IMG/VR virus record: IMGVR_UViG_2937877337_000001
Coordinates: 9,026 to 73,025 of that record
Strand: one strand, 5' to 3'
DNA from: a virus
DNA: 64,000 bases
Shown: positions 17,444 through 26,139 of the stretch, piece by piece
Position numbering within the stretch: position 1 is the first letter of the stretch
How the letters are laid out: every line of letters starts with the position of its first letter
Program-made: the position numbers and the translations under genes
Notes under the pieces: model-generated
What the model was told of the DNA's origin: nothing
Databases searched by the model: none
Seen by the model: the letters and a program-made list of their open reading frames with translations, nothing else

Positions 17444-17670
17444 GCCCGCAAGCCGTAAAACACATCGCCGCTCACTATCTCGACTACACGAGGCAGCGCG
17501 CGGCCGAAATAACCAGGGCTCGCGATCCTTATGAACAGGCGGTCGCCGCCATGGATCGTGCCTTCGGCCTCGGCGCGGAAGAAGCTCACGCCATCCTGCG
17601 CACCGATGCGGAGGCAAAGCGCATCTACGATTGTGCGCTGCAGGCGTTGATGGAGCAGCAACAGTCATGA
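17439..17670 (+). CDS. hypothetical protein (76 aa)
   Basis: Start MSPQAVKH at 17439 overlaps the upstream stop. The longer ORF from 17383 would overlap by 60 nt. Confidence 0.45.
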
Positions 17671-17761
17671 GCCAGTGGGCCAAGTCATTCGTCTGCGAGG
17701 GCGTCACGGTATCCTGCCACGGCGAGACCTGGCGCGTGTCGAGCAAGAAGGGGAAGTTGCA

Positions 17762-18118
17762 ATGAACAATCGTGAACTTCCCGGCAGCTTCGACGACGTG
17801 ATCCGACTCGTCATGATCGAGATCAATAAAGCGGTCGCCGAAGGCACGTCGATTGAATCTGCTGTGCGGACGGCACTCTTTCCGGTGCTAGTGGGGCCGG
17901 TTCCCGAAAAGAAATCCACGCCGCATTTGACCGACGAACAGATTGAAGCGGTTCGCAACAGGGTGCGAAAATCGGATGACCGCCGGCCAATTGCCGACCG
18001 TCGATTTTTCCCGAAGACTGCCACTGAACGCGCTGTTTTGGAGGGTGACGGCTGGAGCACTCGCGAAGACGGCAGCATGTTCGAGCCGCAGACGGCAGGA
18101 AGGAAGCTGAAACGATGA
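17762..18118 (+). CDS. hypothetical protein (118 aa); alternative start at 17675
   Basis: MNNRELPG start has AAGGGGAA ribosome-binding site. A possible 32-aa micro-ORF at 17667..17765 fills the gap. Confidence 0.45.
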   Translation: MNNRELPGSFDDVIRLVMIEINKAVAEGTSIESAVRTALFPVLVGPVPEKKSTPHLTDEQIEAVRNRVRKSDDRRPIADRRFFPKTATERAVLEGDGWSTREDGSMFEPQTAGRKLKR

Positions 18119-18630
18119 CCGCAAACGCTGAGAAGAAAGCCACCATAAGCGGCGCCGAGAAGAAGCGCGGCCCATGTCAGTATGCGGAAATCCAGCCAAA
18201 TCGGGCAGGCAAGATCGTGATGCGCGCAGACGCAGTTTGGCCGTGCTCCGCGCCGCTGCCAGACCTTCCAGCGCTGCCGGTTTCGATCACGAAAAGCTAT
18301 GGCTACAACTGGCCGCCGCGCCGCACCTATGTCGATCGAGATGACTGCGCGGACTGCCCGTGCTGGACTCCCCGCGAGGTATTGCCGCCTGTCGATCACG
18401 TTGCGGCTGCCGTCGCTGATGGATGGATTCGCCATGACGGTGGCGAGCGCCCTGTCGGCCCGAAGGATCGCGTTCACTTCCGCACTCTGCAAGAACTTGC
18501 GGACACGCGACCAAACATCTCAGAAAATGCTGATGGGCGAGCCGCCGACACGTTGCGATGGGAATGGAAGACGTTCGCTGACAGCGATCCGCACAACGAC
18601 AACATCGCCGTCTACAAGGTAGTCGGCTGA
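18115..18630 (+). CDS. hypothetical protein (171 aa), Cys-containing (CADCPCW)
   Basis: ATGA-coupled. Confidence 0.55.
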   Translation: MTANAEKKATISGAEKKRGPCQYAEIQPNRAGKIVMRADAVWPCSAPLPDLPALPVSITKSYGYNWPPRRTYVDRDDCADCPCWTPREVLPPVDHVAAAVADGWIRHDGGERPVGPKDRVHFRTLQELADTRPNISENADGRAADTLRWEWKTFADSDPHNDNIAVYKVVG

Positions 18631-19166
18631 TGGCTGAGATCGAGACCACCTATCGCGGCCACCTGATCCGCTACGGCGAGAATTCCGACACCTGGTACGC
18701 GCATGACTTGGGCTTCGAGGCAAGCAACCAGTCGCTGGCCAAGCTCAAGACGCAGATCGACAAGATGTACCTCGATCTGCGGAAGAAGGCTGCGGTGAAG
18801 GCGTTCGAGATCAGACCCGGCTATATGGGCCAGCTACCAACGTGCGCCGAAGCGACCGTGACCGAGTACCTGAAATCGTTCTCCGAGAAGGACTACCGAA
18901 CTGGCGGGCAAACTTTGACCCGCCATAAGGTTGCAGTCGTCGCGTTGCGCAGGGACAACGACCGCGCGAGCCGGGCAGAGAAGGAACTTTCGGACCTAAT
19001 GCCCAACACGCCGGAAGCACAAGCCGCCTATGACGAGGCGCTGCGGCTCTACGAAGTCACAAAAGCCGCGCAGAAGGCCGCCGACGAGGCGTTCAAGGCT
19101 ATCCCTCGCCTGTCGATCGACGACATCCGCGAGCTTGTCAGGATCAAGGAGAGCGAAGCAGCATGA
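18630..19166 (+). CDS. hypothetical protein (178 aa)
   Basis: Coupled (TGATG). Confidence 0.55.
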   Translation: MAEIETTYRGHLIRYGENSDTWYAHDLGFEASNQSLAKLKTQIDKMYLDLRKKAAVKAFEIRPGYMGQLPTCAEATVTEYLKSFSEKDYRTGGQTLTRHKVAVVALRRDNDRASRAEKELSDLMPNTPEAQAAYDEALRLYEVTKAAQKAADEAFKAIPRLSIDDIRELVRIKESEAA

Positions 19167-19591
19167 GACACCAACGTCCAACCGCCAAGATGCTGCGCAC
19201 CAGCGATGTGCAGACCACGTGGATGATCGATTGGCCGCTCGGCCCGCAGAAGTCCTACTATGCGACGACCTACCCGAACAGCGAACTCATTTCCCTCGAA
19301 ACTTCCGCCACGCGACGGCCGGTATCGGGCCTGGTCGGCCGCAAGATCATGCCGCAAGTCCGCGACGCGATCGAGCGTGCCGGCTGGAAGTTCGCGGCGC
19401 CTGTCAAAGCGGCCAGAGAAACCGCCTACATGATCGTGCGCCATCTCCAAGTCGGCGACGAGGTTGTCATTGGCCTGTATCACCAGCAGGCGAATGCCGA
19501 CGCCAGAGCCACCAGAGAAAACGACGCTGACGGGCCAAACTCCAAGAACGTGGAAGTCGTTCCTATCGAATTCGAGGATGAGCGAGCATGA
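19163..19591 (+). CDS. hypothetical protein (142 aa)
   Basis: ATGA-coupled. Confidence 0.55.
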   Translation: MRHQRPTAKMLRTSDVQTTWMIDWPLGPQKSYYATTYPNSELISLETSATRRPVSGLVGRKIMPQVRDAIERAGWKFAAPVKAARETAYMIVRHLQVGDEVVIGLYHQQANADARATRENDADGPNSKNVEVVPIEFEDERA

Positions 19592-19896
19592 TCGCCTACA
19601 CACTGCAGCAGCGCGACGGCGAGAGGATCGTGAAGCACGGCCGCTTCCGGGTTAAGACGACCACGCTGAAAAGCTATGACGTGATCGGCGCTGAAGGCCA
19701 AATCCTAGGCCAGGTTATGCACGAGATGGCGACCTTCGAACGCACGACGCGCGGACGAATGTACGTCAATTCGCGCTGGCAGTCGCCGCGCTGGTTTTAT
19801 CGGCCTGCTGGCGAGTGGAGGCGCAGCATCGAATATACGTCGCGCAAGCAGGCGATCGAGGCCCTGTTGTTCGATGTCGCCTCGAAGCAGCCCTGA
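19588..19896 (+). CDS. hypothetical protein (102 aa)
   Basis: ATGA-coupled. Confidence 0.5.
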   Translation: MIAYTLQQRDGERIVKHGRFRVKTTTLKSYDVIGAEGQILGQVMHEMATFERTTRGRMYVNSRWQSPRWFYRPAGEWRRSIEYTSRKQAIEALLFDVASKQP

Positions 19897-19912
19897 TTTT
19901 TCCTCTCGTAAC

Positions 19913-19960
19913 TTTCACTTTTAAATTGACATTCACCATTATTCGTGTGAATTGAACCAT
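19913..19960 (+). promoter_or_regulatory. motif pair cTTTCACTTttaaaTTGACAttcacc...gtGTGAAttg
   Basis: Followed by a possible 34-aa TM micro-ORF at 19977..20081 and the gene at 20071. Confidence 0.45.
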
Positions 19961-20070
19961 CGAAAGAGAGGCGAAGTGATACCTGTCGAAGTAGCAGCCG
20001 TCGCCATCATCCTCGGCGTCATTGTGCTCAATATCCTACTGCCTCTGGCTGTCACCAAGATCATGGAGAA

Positions 20071-20349
20071 ATGGCTGTGAGCGTTCATTATCTGGTCGCC
20101 GGAAGCATGCGCCACGCGGAAACGACGGCCATCTGTGACTGGGGTTGGCGCCCTGATCACCTGCTTGGGCACAGGGGCTTCCGCAGACCGGATGGTGATT
20201 TCGTCATTCCGATAAGCGACCTTCAATATCTGCGAGGCGTCAGGGCGCCCTCCGAAATCTACCTCGGCTATGCCGCGCACTCGCTCCGATATCTTTCCGA
20301 AGCGCTGCACAGACTTCGGCTCGCCGGCTGCAAGGTGCATGACCAATGA
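20071..20349 (+). CDS. hypothetical protein (92 aa)
   Basis: ORF in track. Coupled to the upstream micro-ORF. Confidence 0.45.
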   Translation: MAVSVHYLVAGSMRHAETTAICDWGWRPDHLLGHRGFRRPDGDFVIPISDLQYLRGVRAPSEIYLGYAAHSLRYLSEALHRLRLAGCKVHDQ

Positions 20350-20380
20350 ACAGCAACCGTGAGACTAGGGGACTGCTCGC

Positions 20381-21040
20381 ATGACAATGCTTCTGAAATT
20401 GGTGCTTATATTGGCGGTGCTCGCCGCCAGCGCCTTTGGATTTGCTCATTTCACTTTGTTTGCCGTTGCCGGCCGTCGCAAATCCCTTTGGTGGGCACTT
20501 GTTTTAATTCTCTCAGCCTGTCTGCTTTCCTCTTTGGCAACGAAGCCGGCCAAAGCACAAGACACCGCGTTTCTGATCGACGGTGACATGGGCGGCGCGG
20601 TGCTGCGCTATCATGCGAAGGCCAAGATCATCGGCCGCTCCAAGGTGATCGTCGATGGCGTTTGCCTGTCAGCCTGCGCGCTGTATCTGCGCAAAGATTG
20701 GAACCTCGACATTTGCTACACGCAGGCCGCGACATTCGGCTTTCACAAGCCGTACCAGGTGCTCGACAACGGCGCCATTCTGACCGGAATTTCGGCCATT
20801 ACAACGGCTGACGCCGATTGGCGCCGCGAGTTCTATGATCAAATGCCTGCCGGCATCAGGGCCATGCTCATCGGCAAGCAGATTCCCGAGCCCGCCGCTG
20901 GCGATCCGCCCGACCGCTTCGTCTACATCAAGGCCCGCGACTTGGCCGGCGTGCTCAAGGCGTGCCCGAAGAATTGGGCGGCGAAGTACAAGACGCTCGT
21001 CGATGTTCACACCATGACCATCGGCACGGGAGCGCAGTGA
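20381..21040 (+). CDS. exported/membrane-anchored protein (219 aa), possible ClpP/crotonase-fold
   Basis: Two N-terminal hydrophobic segments. IDGDMG...GVCLSACALYL reminiscent of ClpP-class folds. Weak call. Confidence 0.5.
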   Translation: MTMLLKLVLILAVLAASAFGFAHFTLFAVAGRRKSLWWALVLILSACLLSSLATKPAKAQDTAFLIDGDMGGAVLRYHAKAKIIGRSKVIVDGVCLSACALYLRKDWNLDICYTQAATFGFHKPYQVLDNGAILTGISAITTADADWRREFYDQMPAGIRAMLIGKQIPEPAAGDPPDRFVYIKARDLAGVLKACPKNWAAKYKTLVDVHTMTIGTGAQ

Positions 21041-21216
21041 TGTTCAGGCTCAAAATCACACCACCAGACGTTCTGAATTTGGCGTCCGCCGTCATGGCCG
21101 AATGCCAGCAGCCGAGACCGAGCTATCACCAGGCAAACGGATGGGCCTGCAAGCTTTGGTTCGACGAGAGCAACGCTCTCGCTGATCGCATCATGTTCGA
21201 GAGCGGAAACCGATGA
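21040..21216 (+). CDS. hypothetical protein (58 aa)
   Basis: TGATG overlap with the upstream gene. Within the frame of ORF 20962..21216. Confidence 0.4.
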   Translation: MFRLKITPPDVLNLASAVMAECQQPRPSYHQANGWACKLWFDESNALADRIMFESGNR

Positions 21217-21725
21217 CCTGCATCGTCGCAATCGTCCATCAGGGCGCCGTCTATGTCGGCGGCGACAGCGCGGCCAGCACCGATGTCGCAGTGGAGACCC
21301 GTCGCAACGCCAAGGTCTTCAACAACGGCGACTATCTGTTCGGCTACACCGGTTCCATCCGCGTCGGCCAGCAACTGGAATACTCGGAGGCGGTGCAGCC
21401 CCTGCCGGAGGGCACCGATCTCGTGCGCCATTTGGTCGTTCACCTGGTGCCGCTGCTGCAGAAGCTCGCAGGCAAGGAAGGCATCGACGAACTGATCGTC
21501 GCTCACGGCGATCGGCTCTGCAAGATCGCGGCAGACTACTCGGTCGCCGACTATCCCGAGCACGCGGCGGCCGGTAGCGGCGAACAATATGCCATTGGAA
21601 ACCTGTTCGGCAGCCACGATGCGCCCGTGGTGCGGATACGCCGCGCTTTGGCCGCAGCCGAAGCCAACTGCCCCGGCGTCCGTGCGCCGTTCGTTATCAA
21701 ATCAACGCAAAGGAGACAGTCATGA
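21213..21725 (+). CDS. HslV / proteasome-beta-like Ntn-hydrolase (170 aa)
   Basis: MTCIVAIVHQGAVYVGGDSAAS aligns with HslV [21 protein letters not shown] (Thr2 nucleophile). K in AKVF aligns with Lys33. GSGEQYA aligns with GSGGPYA. Confidence 0.5.
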   Translation: MTCIVAIVHQGAVYVGGDSAASTDVAVETRRNAKVFNNGDYLFGYTGSIRVGQQLEYSEAVQPLPEGTDLVRHLVVHLVPLLQKLAGKEGIDELIVAHGDRLCKIAADYSVADYPEHAAAGSGEQYAIGNLFGSHDAPVVRIRRALAAAEANCPGVRAPFVIKSTQRRQS

Positions 21726-21850
21726 AAGAGCTTTTGGAATTCTACGTCTCGGGCTTCGGCACCTGGGCCGGCCTGACCATCGGTCTCGCCATCGTGTGCG
21801 GCGGCGTCCGAAACTCGTTCTGCTTTCTGCTGAATGTGTGGCGCTCATGA
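21722..21850 (+). CDS. small membrane protein (42 aa), not in ORF track
   Basis: AAAGGAGA ribosome-binding site. MKELLEFYVSGFGTWAGLTIGLAIVCGG TM helix. ATGA-coupled both sides. Confidence 0.35.
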   Translation: MKELLEFYVSGFGTWAGLTIGLAIVCGGVRNSFCFLLNVWRS

Positions 21851-22497
21851 GCGAAGCATTGCTCCTACACCCGTCGCGCCATCCGACAATTCCAATCTTC
21901 AACTTCGAACGGGAGCCCCGTAACATGCATTTCATTCTCGATTGCGACGGCGTGCTGCTCGACTGGACGCGCGGCTTCCGGCATTGGGTCTTTGCCAACC
22001 ACGGAATCAAGCCGAGCGCCACCGGCCCACGTTCCTGGTCGCTGTTCAAATGGCTGGGCCAGCCCGAGGCGCGCTGTTTCGAACTGATCCAGGAATTCAA
22101 CGCGTCGCAGGCATTCGGCGAACTTTATCCGCTGGACGGTGCCAAGGATGCTGTCGCCAAGCTCAAGGCGGCCGGCCACAAGCTGACCGTGCTGACAAGC
22201 TGCTCGGACGATCCTTTTGCGATCAAGCGCCGCAAGCAGAACCTCGATCGCGAGTTCGACGGCGCCCTCGATCGCGTCATCTGCCTCGCCCTTCGCGAGA
22301 GCAAGTCCGCCTGGCTCGAAGTGCTGCGCGGCGGCATCTGGATCGAGGACAACTACAAGAACGCCATGATGGGCGTAGAGGCCGGCCACAAGACGATCAT
22401 GTTGCGGCAGTCGCACAATCGCGACGACGAACGCAGCACCGATCCCCGCATCCACTGGGTCGATGATTGGCGTCCGGTGATTTCACTTTTTAGTTGA
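21847..22497 (+). CDS. 5'(3')-deoxyribonucleotidase-like HAD-superfamily hydrolase (NT5C-like)
   Basis: MHFILDCDGVLLDW gives the HAD DxDG(V/T) motif I in the NT5C configuration. Start at 21847 (ATGA-coupled) or 21925. Confidence 0.5.
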   Translation: MSEALLLHPSRHPTIPIFNFEREPRNMHFILDCDGVLLDWTRGFRHWVFANHGIKPSATGPRSWSLFKWLGQPEARCFELIQEFNASQAFGELYPLDGAKDAVAKLKAAGHKLTVLTSCSDDPFAIKRRKQNLDREFDGALDRVICLALRESKSAWLEVLRGGIWIEDNYKNAMMGVEAGHKTIMLRQSHNRDDERSTDPRIHWVDDWRPVISLFS

Positions 22498-22522
22498 TTT
22501 TCACTCAGTAACGTGAAAGTCT
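22478..22522 (+). promoter_or_regulatory. motif pair gaTTTCACTTtttagttgaTTTTCACtcagtaACGTGAAagtc
   Basis: Followed by AGGAGA and ATG at 22542. Confidence 0.5.
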
Positions 22523-22541
22523 GAGAACAACAGGAGACACC

Positions 22542-23111
22542 ATGCCAAACACCGATATCACCTTCTTCCACCCCGGCCTGAGCGAACTCGAACTGGCCGC
22601 ATTCGACGGACTGCGCGCCGCGCAGAAGCTCGCTCACGAGACGGCCACCAACGCCGGCTGGTACGTCGATCGCGAGACCGGCAAGCCGATCGAGCGCAAC
22701 TTCGGCGAAGTGATCGCGCTCATGCACTCGGAACTGTCCGAAGCGCTTGAGGCCGATCGCAAGGGCAAGCGTCGGGACGACAAACTGCCCCATCGCGGAG
22801 CGGTGGAGGTCGAGTTCAGCGACGGCATCATTCGCATTCTGGACACCGCTGCCGCGAACCGCATCGACGTGGCGTCGGCGATGATCCACTGCATTCGGCA
22901 TCTGGCGCTCTACGGCGATCTGCCGAAGCGGTTGCCGGGCGTGGATCAGTGCGCGGTCAACTTCGCCAATGCCATCGTTCGCATTCTCGAAGTGTCGCAG
23001 GCAAACGGCTACGACCAGGCCGGCTCCGTGCTCGACAAAAATGCCTACAACCGCACCCGTGCGGATCACCAGCTTGCCAACCGGCAGGCCGAGGGCGGGA
23101 AGCGTTACTGA
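22542..23111 (+). CDS. MazG-like nucleoside triphosphate pyrophosphohydrolase
   Basis: EVIALMHSELSEALEADRKG all-alpha NTP-PPase signature (E-x2-E ... E-x2-E/D). Confidence 0.55.
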   Translation: MPNTDITFFHPGLSELELAAFDGLRAAQKLAHETATNAGWYVDRETGKPIERNFGEVIALMHSELSEALEADRKGKRRDDKLPHRGAVEVEFSDGIIRILDTAAANRIDVASAMIHCIRHLALYGDLPKRLPGVDQCAVNFANAIVRILEVSQANGYDQAGSVLDKNAYNRTRADHQLANRQAEGGKRY

Positions 23112-23339
23112 ATGCGCCGCCACCTAGCCACCATCAAGCACCTGTGGCGCGGCCGGCGCGAGTTCCTTTTCGCCATGCGTCCCGTGCTCGTGGCCTACGC
23201 CTGGCACGCCGCCTTCGTGACCGTGCTGACCTTCGTCGTCGGTGACTTCACCACTGCGGCGCTCGGCTGGCTCGTCTTCTGCAACGCCGGCCGCGACGCG
23301 GCGCTCGGCTACGGCTTCATCAACCAGCGCCAGTTCTGA
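23112..23339 (+). CDS. small membrane protein (75 aa)
   Basis: Two hydrophobic helices. TGATG coupling. Confidence 0.45.
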   Translation: MRRHLATIKHLWRGRREFLFAMRPVLVAYAWHAAFVTVLTFVVGDFTTAALGWLVFCNAGRDAALGYGFINQRQF

Positions 23340-23366
23340 GCGCTCCAATCGAAGGAGACACGAGAA

Positions 23367-23528
23367 ATGAGTATCAAGCATCTTTGGATCATCGGCGCCA
23401 TGTTGCTCGCGGCCGGCTGCACCAGCACCGGTACCCATGGCAACCGCGACTATGCGCGCAATTGCGGCAACGCCATGGACGAACTGCTGCTCTGCAACGG
23501 CAGCTATGTGTCGCCGCACGAGTTCTGA
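23367..23528 (+). CDS. small lipoprotein (53 aa), not in ORF track
   Basis: AAGGAGA ribosome-binding site. MSIKHLWIIGAMLLAAGC signal peptide with LAAGC lipobox. Confidence 0.45.
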   Translation: MSIKHLWIIGAMLLAAGCTSTGTHGNRDYARNCGNAMDELLLCNGSYVSPHEF

Positions 23529-23531
23529 GCC

Positions 23532-24416
23532 ATGGAAAACGTGCCTGTCAAAGTGAAGCCGCTCGATCTGTCCACGGTGCTGCGCGACGCGTTTCTAGCC
23601 GGCCGTGGGCTCACGACTGGCGACAAGCTCAGCGAAGCCGATCAAGCCGCCTGGACGGAATATGATCCGACCAGGATGAACGCCTTCAACCGGATCACCG
23701 GGGCGCTGGAGGCATCCGAAAAACCTCTCGCCAACGCCGTCGCCCTCGTCGACAAGCACATCAACGCGGCCGTGCGGTGCAAGGACGAACCGATCTACAA
23801 GAACGGCGTGCCGATCGGCATAGTGATCCAGGACTACCGGGAACTGCGCGAGAGCATCGCAGCGCTCGCCGACCACCCGGCGCCGATCGCCTTTGTGAAA
23901 GCATTGGAATGGGACGCCAACAATCGCGCCGATGTCTACGCAGTCAGCGACTCCTACGGACAAGGCCCTAAGCCCTACTTTCTTTCCCGAGGCAGTCGCA
24001 TAATCGGATGGTTCGAAACCGCCGAAGCCGCGAAAGTCTTTGCCCAAATCGATTTCGAGACGCGGACCCGTGCGGCTCTTGTCGATGCGGAGCGTCAGCC
24101 GGGACAACCGTTGCAGGTTGAAGTCGTAAGCGGTCGTCTGGTGATTTCGATCGGGGTTGCGGCGCTCGCGTTCGCAGTTCAGCACGCCGACAACCAGTGG
24201 CCCGAAGACATCTACATCACGGACCCCTACGACTTCGCAAAGGATGTCGCGCGGCAACTGAAAGCCGAAGCTGAAGACGGCACGACGCCTGTTTACGTCA
24301 TGCTCGATCAAGCGGCTGTAAAGGCGAGCGAGCAAGGCTCTGACGGCGCTGACTATGGGCCTGTAACCGAAGGGATCGAGCTTGCTCGTATCCTCATGGA
24401 AAAGGGGCGGCGCTGA
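23532..24416 (+). CDS. hypothetical protein (294 aa)
   Basis: Unbiased ORF. Confidence 0.55.
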   Translation: MENVPVKVKPLDLSTVLRDAFLAGRGLTTGDKLSEADQAAWTEYDPTRMNAFNRITGALEASEKPLANAVALVDKHINAAVRCKDEPIYKNGVPIGIVIQDYRELRESIAALADHPAPIAFVKALEWDANNRADVYAVSDSYGQGPKPYFLSRGSRIIGWFETAEAAKVFAQIDFETRTRAALVDAERQPGQPLQVEVVSGRLVISIGVAALAFAVQHADNQWPEDIYITDPYDFAKDVARQLKAEAEDGTTPVYVMLDQAAVKASEQGSDGADYGPVTEGIELARILMEKGRR

Positions 24417-24634
24417 TGCACACCGCCGTACAGATTGGTCTCGGATACGACCAGTGGGGCAATGCTCCTGAACTGCTCACCGAGGCCGACAAGCGCAACA
24501 TCGATCGAGGGCGTTACTTGCGAGTTGGCGGTGACGCGCCTTGCCCCGGTTGCCGGGAAGCCTATCGCCTTCATCCGCAGGTCCAGGGCGCACTTTGGCT
24601 CAGGCGCGGCTGCCACCAACTGGTGAAGCTCTGA
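24416..24634 (+). CDS. hypothetical protein (72 aa), CxxC
   Basis: Coupled. Confidence 0.45.
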   Translation: MHTAVQIGLGYDQWGNAPELLTEADKRNIDRGRYLRVGGDAPCPGCREAYRLHPQVQGALWLRRGCHQLVKL

Positions 24635-24825
24635 TGAAACGCGTCCGCATCACGCTGCTTGTCACGGTCAGCGATGATCACGACGACGCGATGCCAACCA
24701 TCGCTGAAGTCGGCGCCCATGTCTGCCGCGAAGTGAATGCGGCCAAGGGGCAATACCCGCTCGAAAGCTGGCAGCACGAAGTCGCGGCGACCGTCGAGCG
24801 GGTCAACCTGGTGAGGGATACATGA
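24634..24825 (+). CDS. hypothetical protein (63 aa)
   Basis: TGATG overlap with the upstream gene. Sits inside ORF 24541..24825. Confidence 0.4.
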   Translation: MKRVRITLLVTVSDDHDDAMPTIAEVGAHVCREVNAAKGQYPLESWQHEVAATVERVNLVRDT

Positions 24826-24881
24826 GTCTCACTGTTACCATGCCTATACGGTTTTCACCCACCAACACTAGGAGTTGAGAA

Positions 24882-25262
24882 ATGTTTGACATCGTAGAGC
24901 CTCATGATGGCCCGGTAGTCGTCGGCCTTGAAAAGTTCGAAACGGTCTATGCCAAAGACCAACCTCAATATCGTCCCTTACGCACTCTACCGGGTCGGCG
25001 AGGGGATAGCGCTATCGCTCGTTTCCACTTCACCGATGAGCAGCGAAGAGCCATCGCGGAAGGGGCGGACATCTACCTTGAATTGCTGCATTTCCGGGGG
25101 CCGCTCGCGCCGAGTTTGATCATGGTCATGAGTGAGCCGGCCGATACGCACAATTTTCGCTCATGGTGGAAGGCTCAGACCAGCGCCCCATACCAATTGG
25201 ATGCCGCGCCGGCCCCCACCGATCCTGGCCGCCCCGTCCCTGAACATGGATCGGGGCCATGA
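24882..25262 (+). CDS. hypothetical protein (126 aa)
   Basis: AGGAG ribosome-binding site. Confidence 0.5.
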   Translation: MFDIVEPHDGPVVVGLEKFETVYAKDQPQYRPLRTLPGRRGDSAIARFHFTDEQRRAIAEGADIYLELLHFRGPLAPSLIMVMSEPADTHNFRSWWKAQTSAPYQLDAAPAPTDPGRPVPEHGSGP

Positions 25263-25346
25263 GCACAGGATGCAGGACCATAGGAATGGTCGCCGGAAAT
25301 GCGCGACGTTTTAGGACCTGAAACTGAACAATTAGGAGAGCCAACA

Positions 25347-25589
25347 GTGCCACCGGAGATCAGCAATAAAGAAGCCATCCAGATGATGAGCCGCTGCAAG
25401 GATGAGATTTTGTCCCTACGAGCGCGCATCGATCATCTCCAGCCGAAGGCCGATGCCTACGACAACCTCGTTACGGTGTTGGGGCTACTGCCTAAGAAGA
25501 GCATCGGCATGGGCGAAGACTTGGTGTGGATATTGAACAGGCGCATCGGCGAGTTGGAGCCGAAACCAGAAGCGACGCAACAGACATGA
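25347..25589 (+). CDS. hypothetical coiled-coil protein (80 aa)
   Basis: GTG with AGGAG 7 nt upstream. The ORF from 25299 lacks a ribosome-binding site. Confidence 0.45.
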   Translation: MPPEISNKEAIQMMSRCKDEILSLRARIDHLQPKADAYDNLVTVLGLLPKKSIGMGEDLVWILNRRIGELEPKPEATQQT

Positions 25590-25825
25590 CCACAACATCT
25601 AGGGGTGTGGGTAGCAACCGGATAGGCATGACTGTTACCATCTCGTGGTGGGTTCTTCCGCTCACCACAACCATCGTCGCCTTCGCTTGGGCTTTGTGGA
25701 ATGGCGACTACCGGCCGGCCACCGGCTACGGCTCAATTGGCAAGGGAATGGCAAACGCATTCCTGCTTGCCGTGGCGCTGATTGCGTCGCTGATCGCATG
25801 GCTGATTTGGGCCTTGCTGGCGTGA
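25586..25825 (+). CDS. small 2-TM membrane protein (79 aa)
   Basis: ATGA-coupled. Two hydrophobic helices. Not the lysis holin; the lysis cassette is elsewhere. Confidence 0.45.
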   Translation: MTTTSRGVGSNRIGMTVTISWWVLPLTTTIVAFAWALWNGDYRPATGYGSIGKGMANAFLLAVALIASLIAWLIWALLA

Positions 25826-25827
25826 CC

Positions 25828-26064
25828 CTACTCAGCCCGCCAAACCTTGGCCTCTTTCGCGGCAGCTTCAAACGCCAGGCGCGCCTCATCTACTGTGTGT
25901 TTGCCCTCCATCACGCCGTAGCAGATCGGATAGGCTGCCTTCAGCTTCGGGCCGACCTTCGGCCACGTCCGCATCTGCTCGATCGCCGTCTCGACCGACT
26001 TCACACCAAGCGCATGGCCGGTGGCGGTGTCCTTCACGTAAACGGGCGGCCAGAACCAAAGCAT
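25828..26064 (-). CDS. DUF982-like small protein (78 aa), antisense moron
   Basis: MLWFWPPVYVKDTATGHALGVKSVETAIEQMRTWPKVGPKLKAAYPICYG resembles the Rhizobiales DUF982 family. Opposite strand. Confidence 0.45.
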   Translation of the reverse strand: MLWFWPPVYVKDTATGHALGVKSVETAIEQMRTWPKVGPKLKAAYPICYGVMEGKHTVDEARLAFEAAAKEAKVWRAE

Positions 26065-26112
26065 CCCTAATATTTGTGCCGGCCACGTCGGTTGGCAAGA
26101 ACATGAGCAATA

Positions 26113-26136
26113 TTCACGTTTAACGGGAAAGACACG
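26113..26136 (+). promoter_or_regulatory. motif variant TTCACGTTTAACGGGAAAGACACG ending 3 nt before the ATG
   Basis: Same family as 9590. Confidence 0.5.
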
Positions 26137-26139
26137 AAA

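Noticed and set aside
25586-25825. 2-TM protein as the holin
   Set aside because: A complete holin, SAR endolysin and spanin cassette exists at 31944-33725. This gene lies in the early operon, far from any endolysin.
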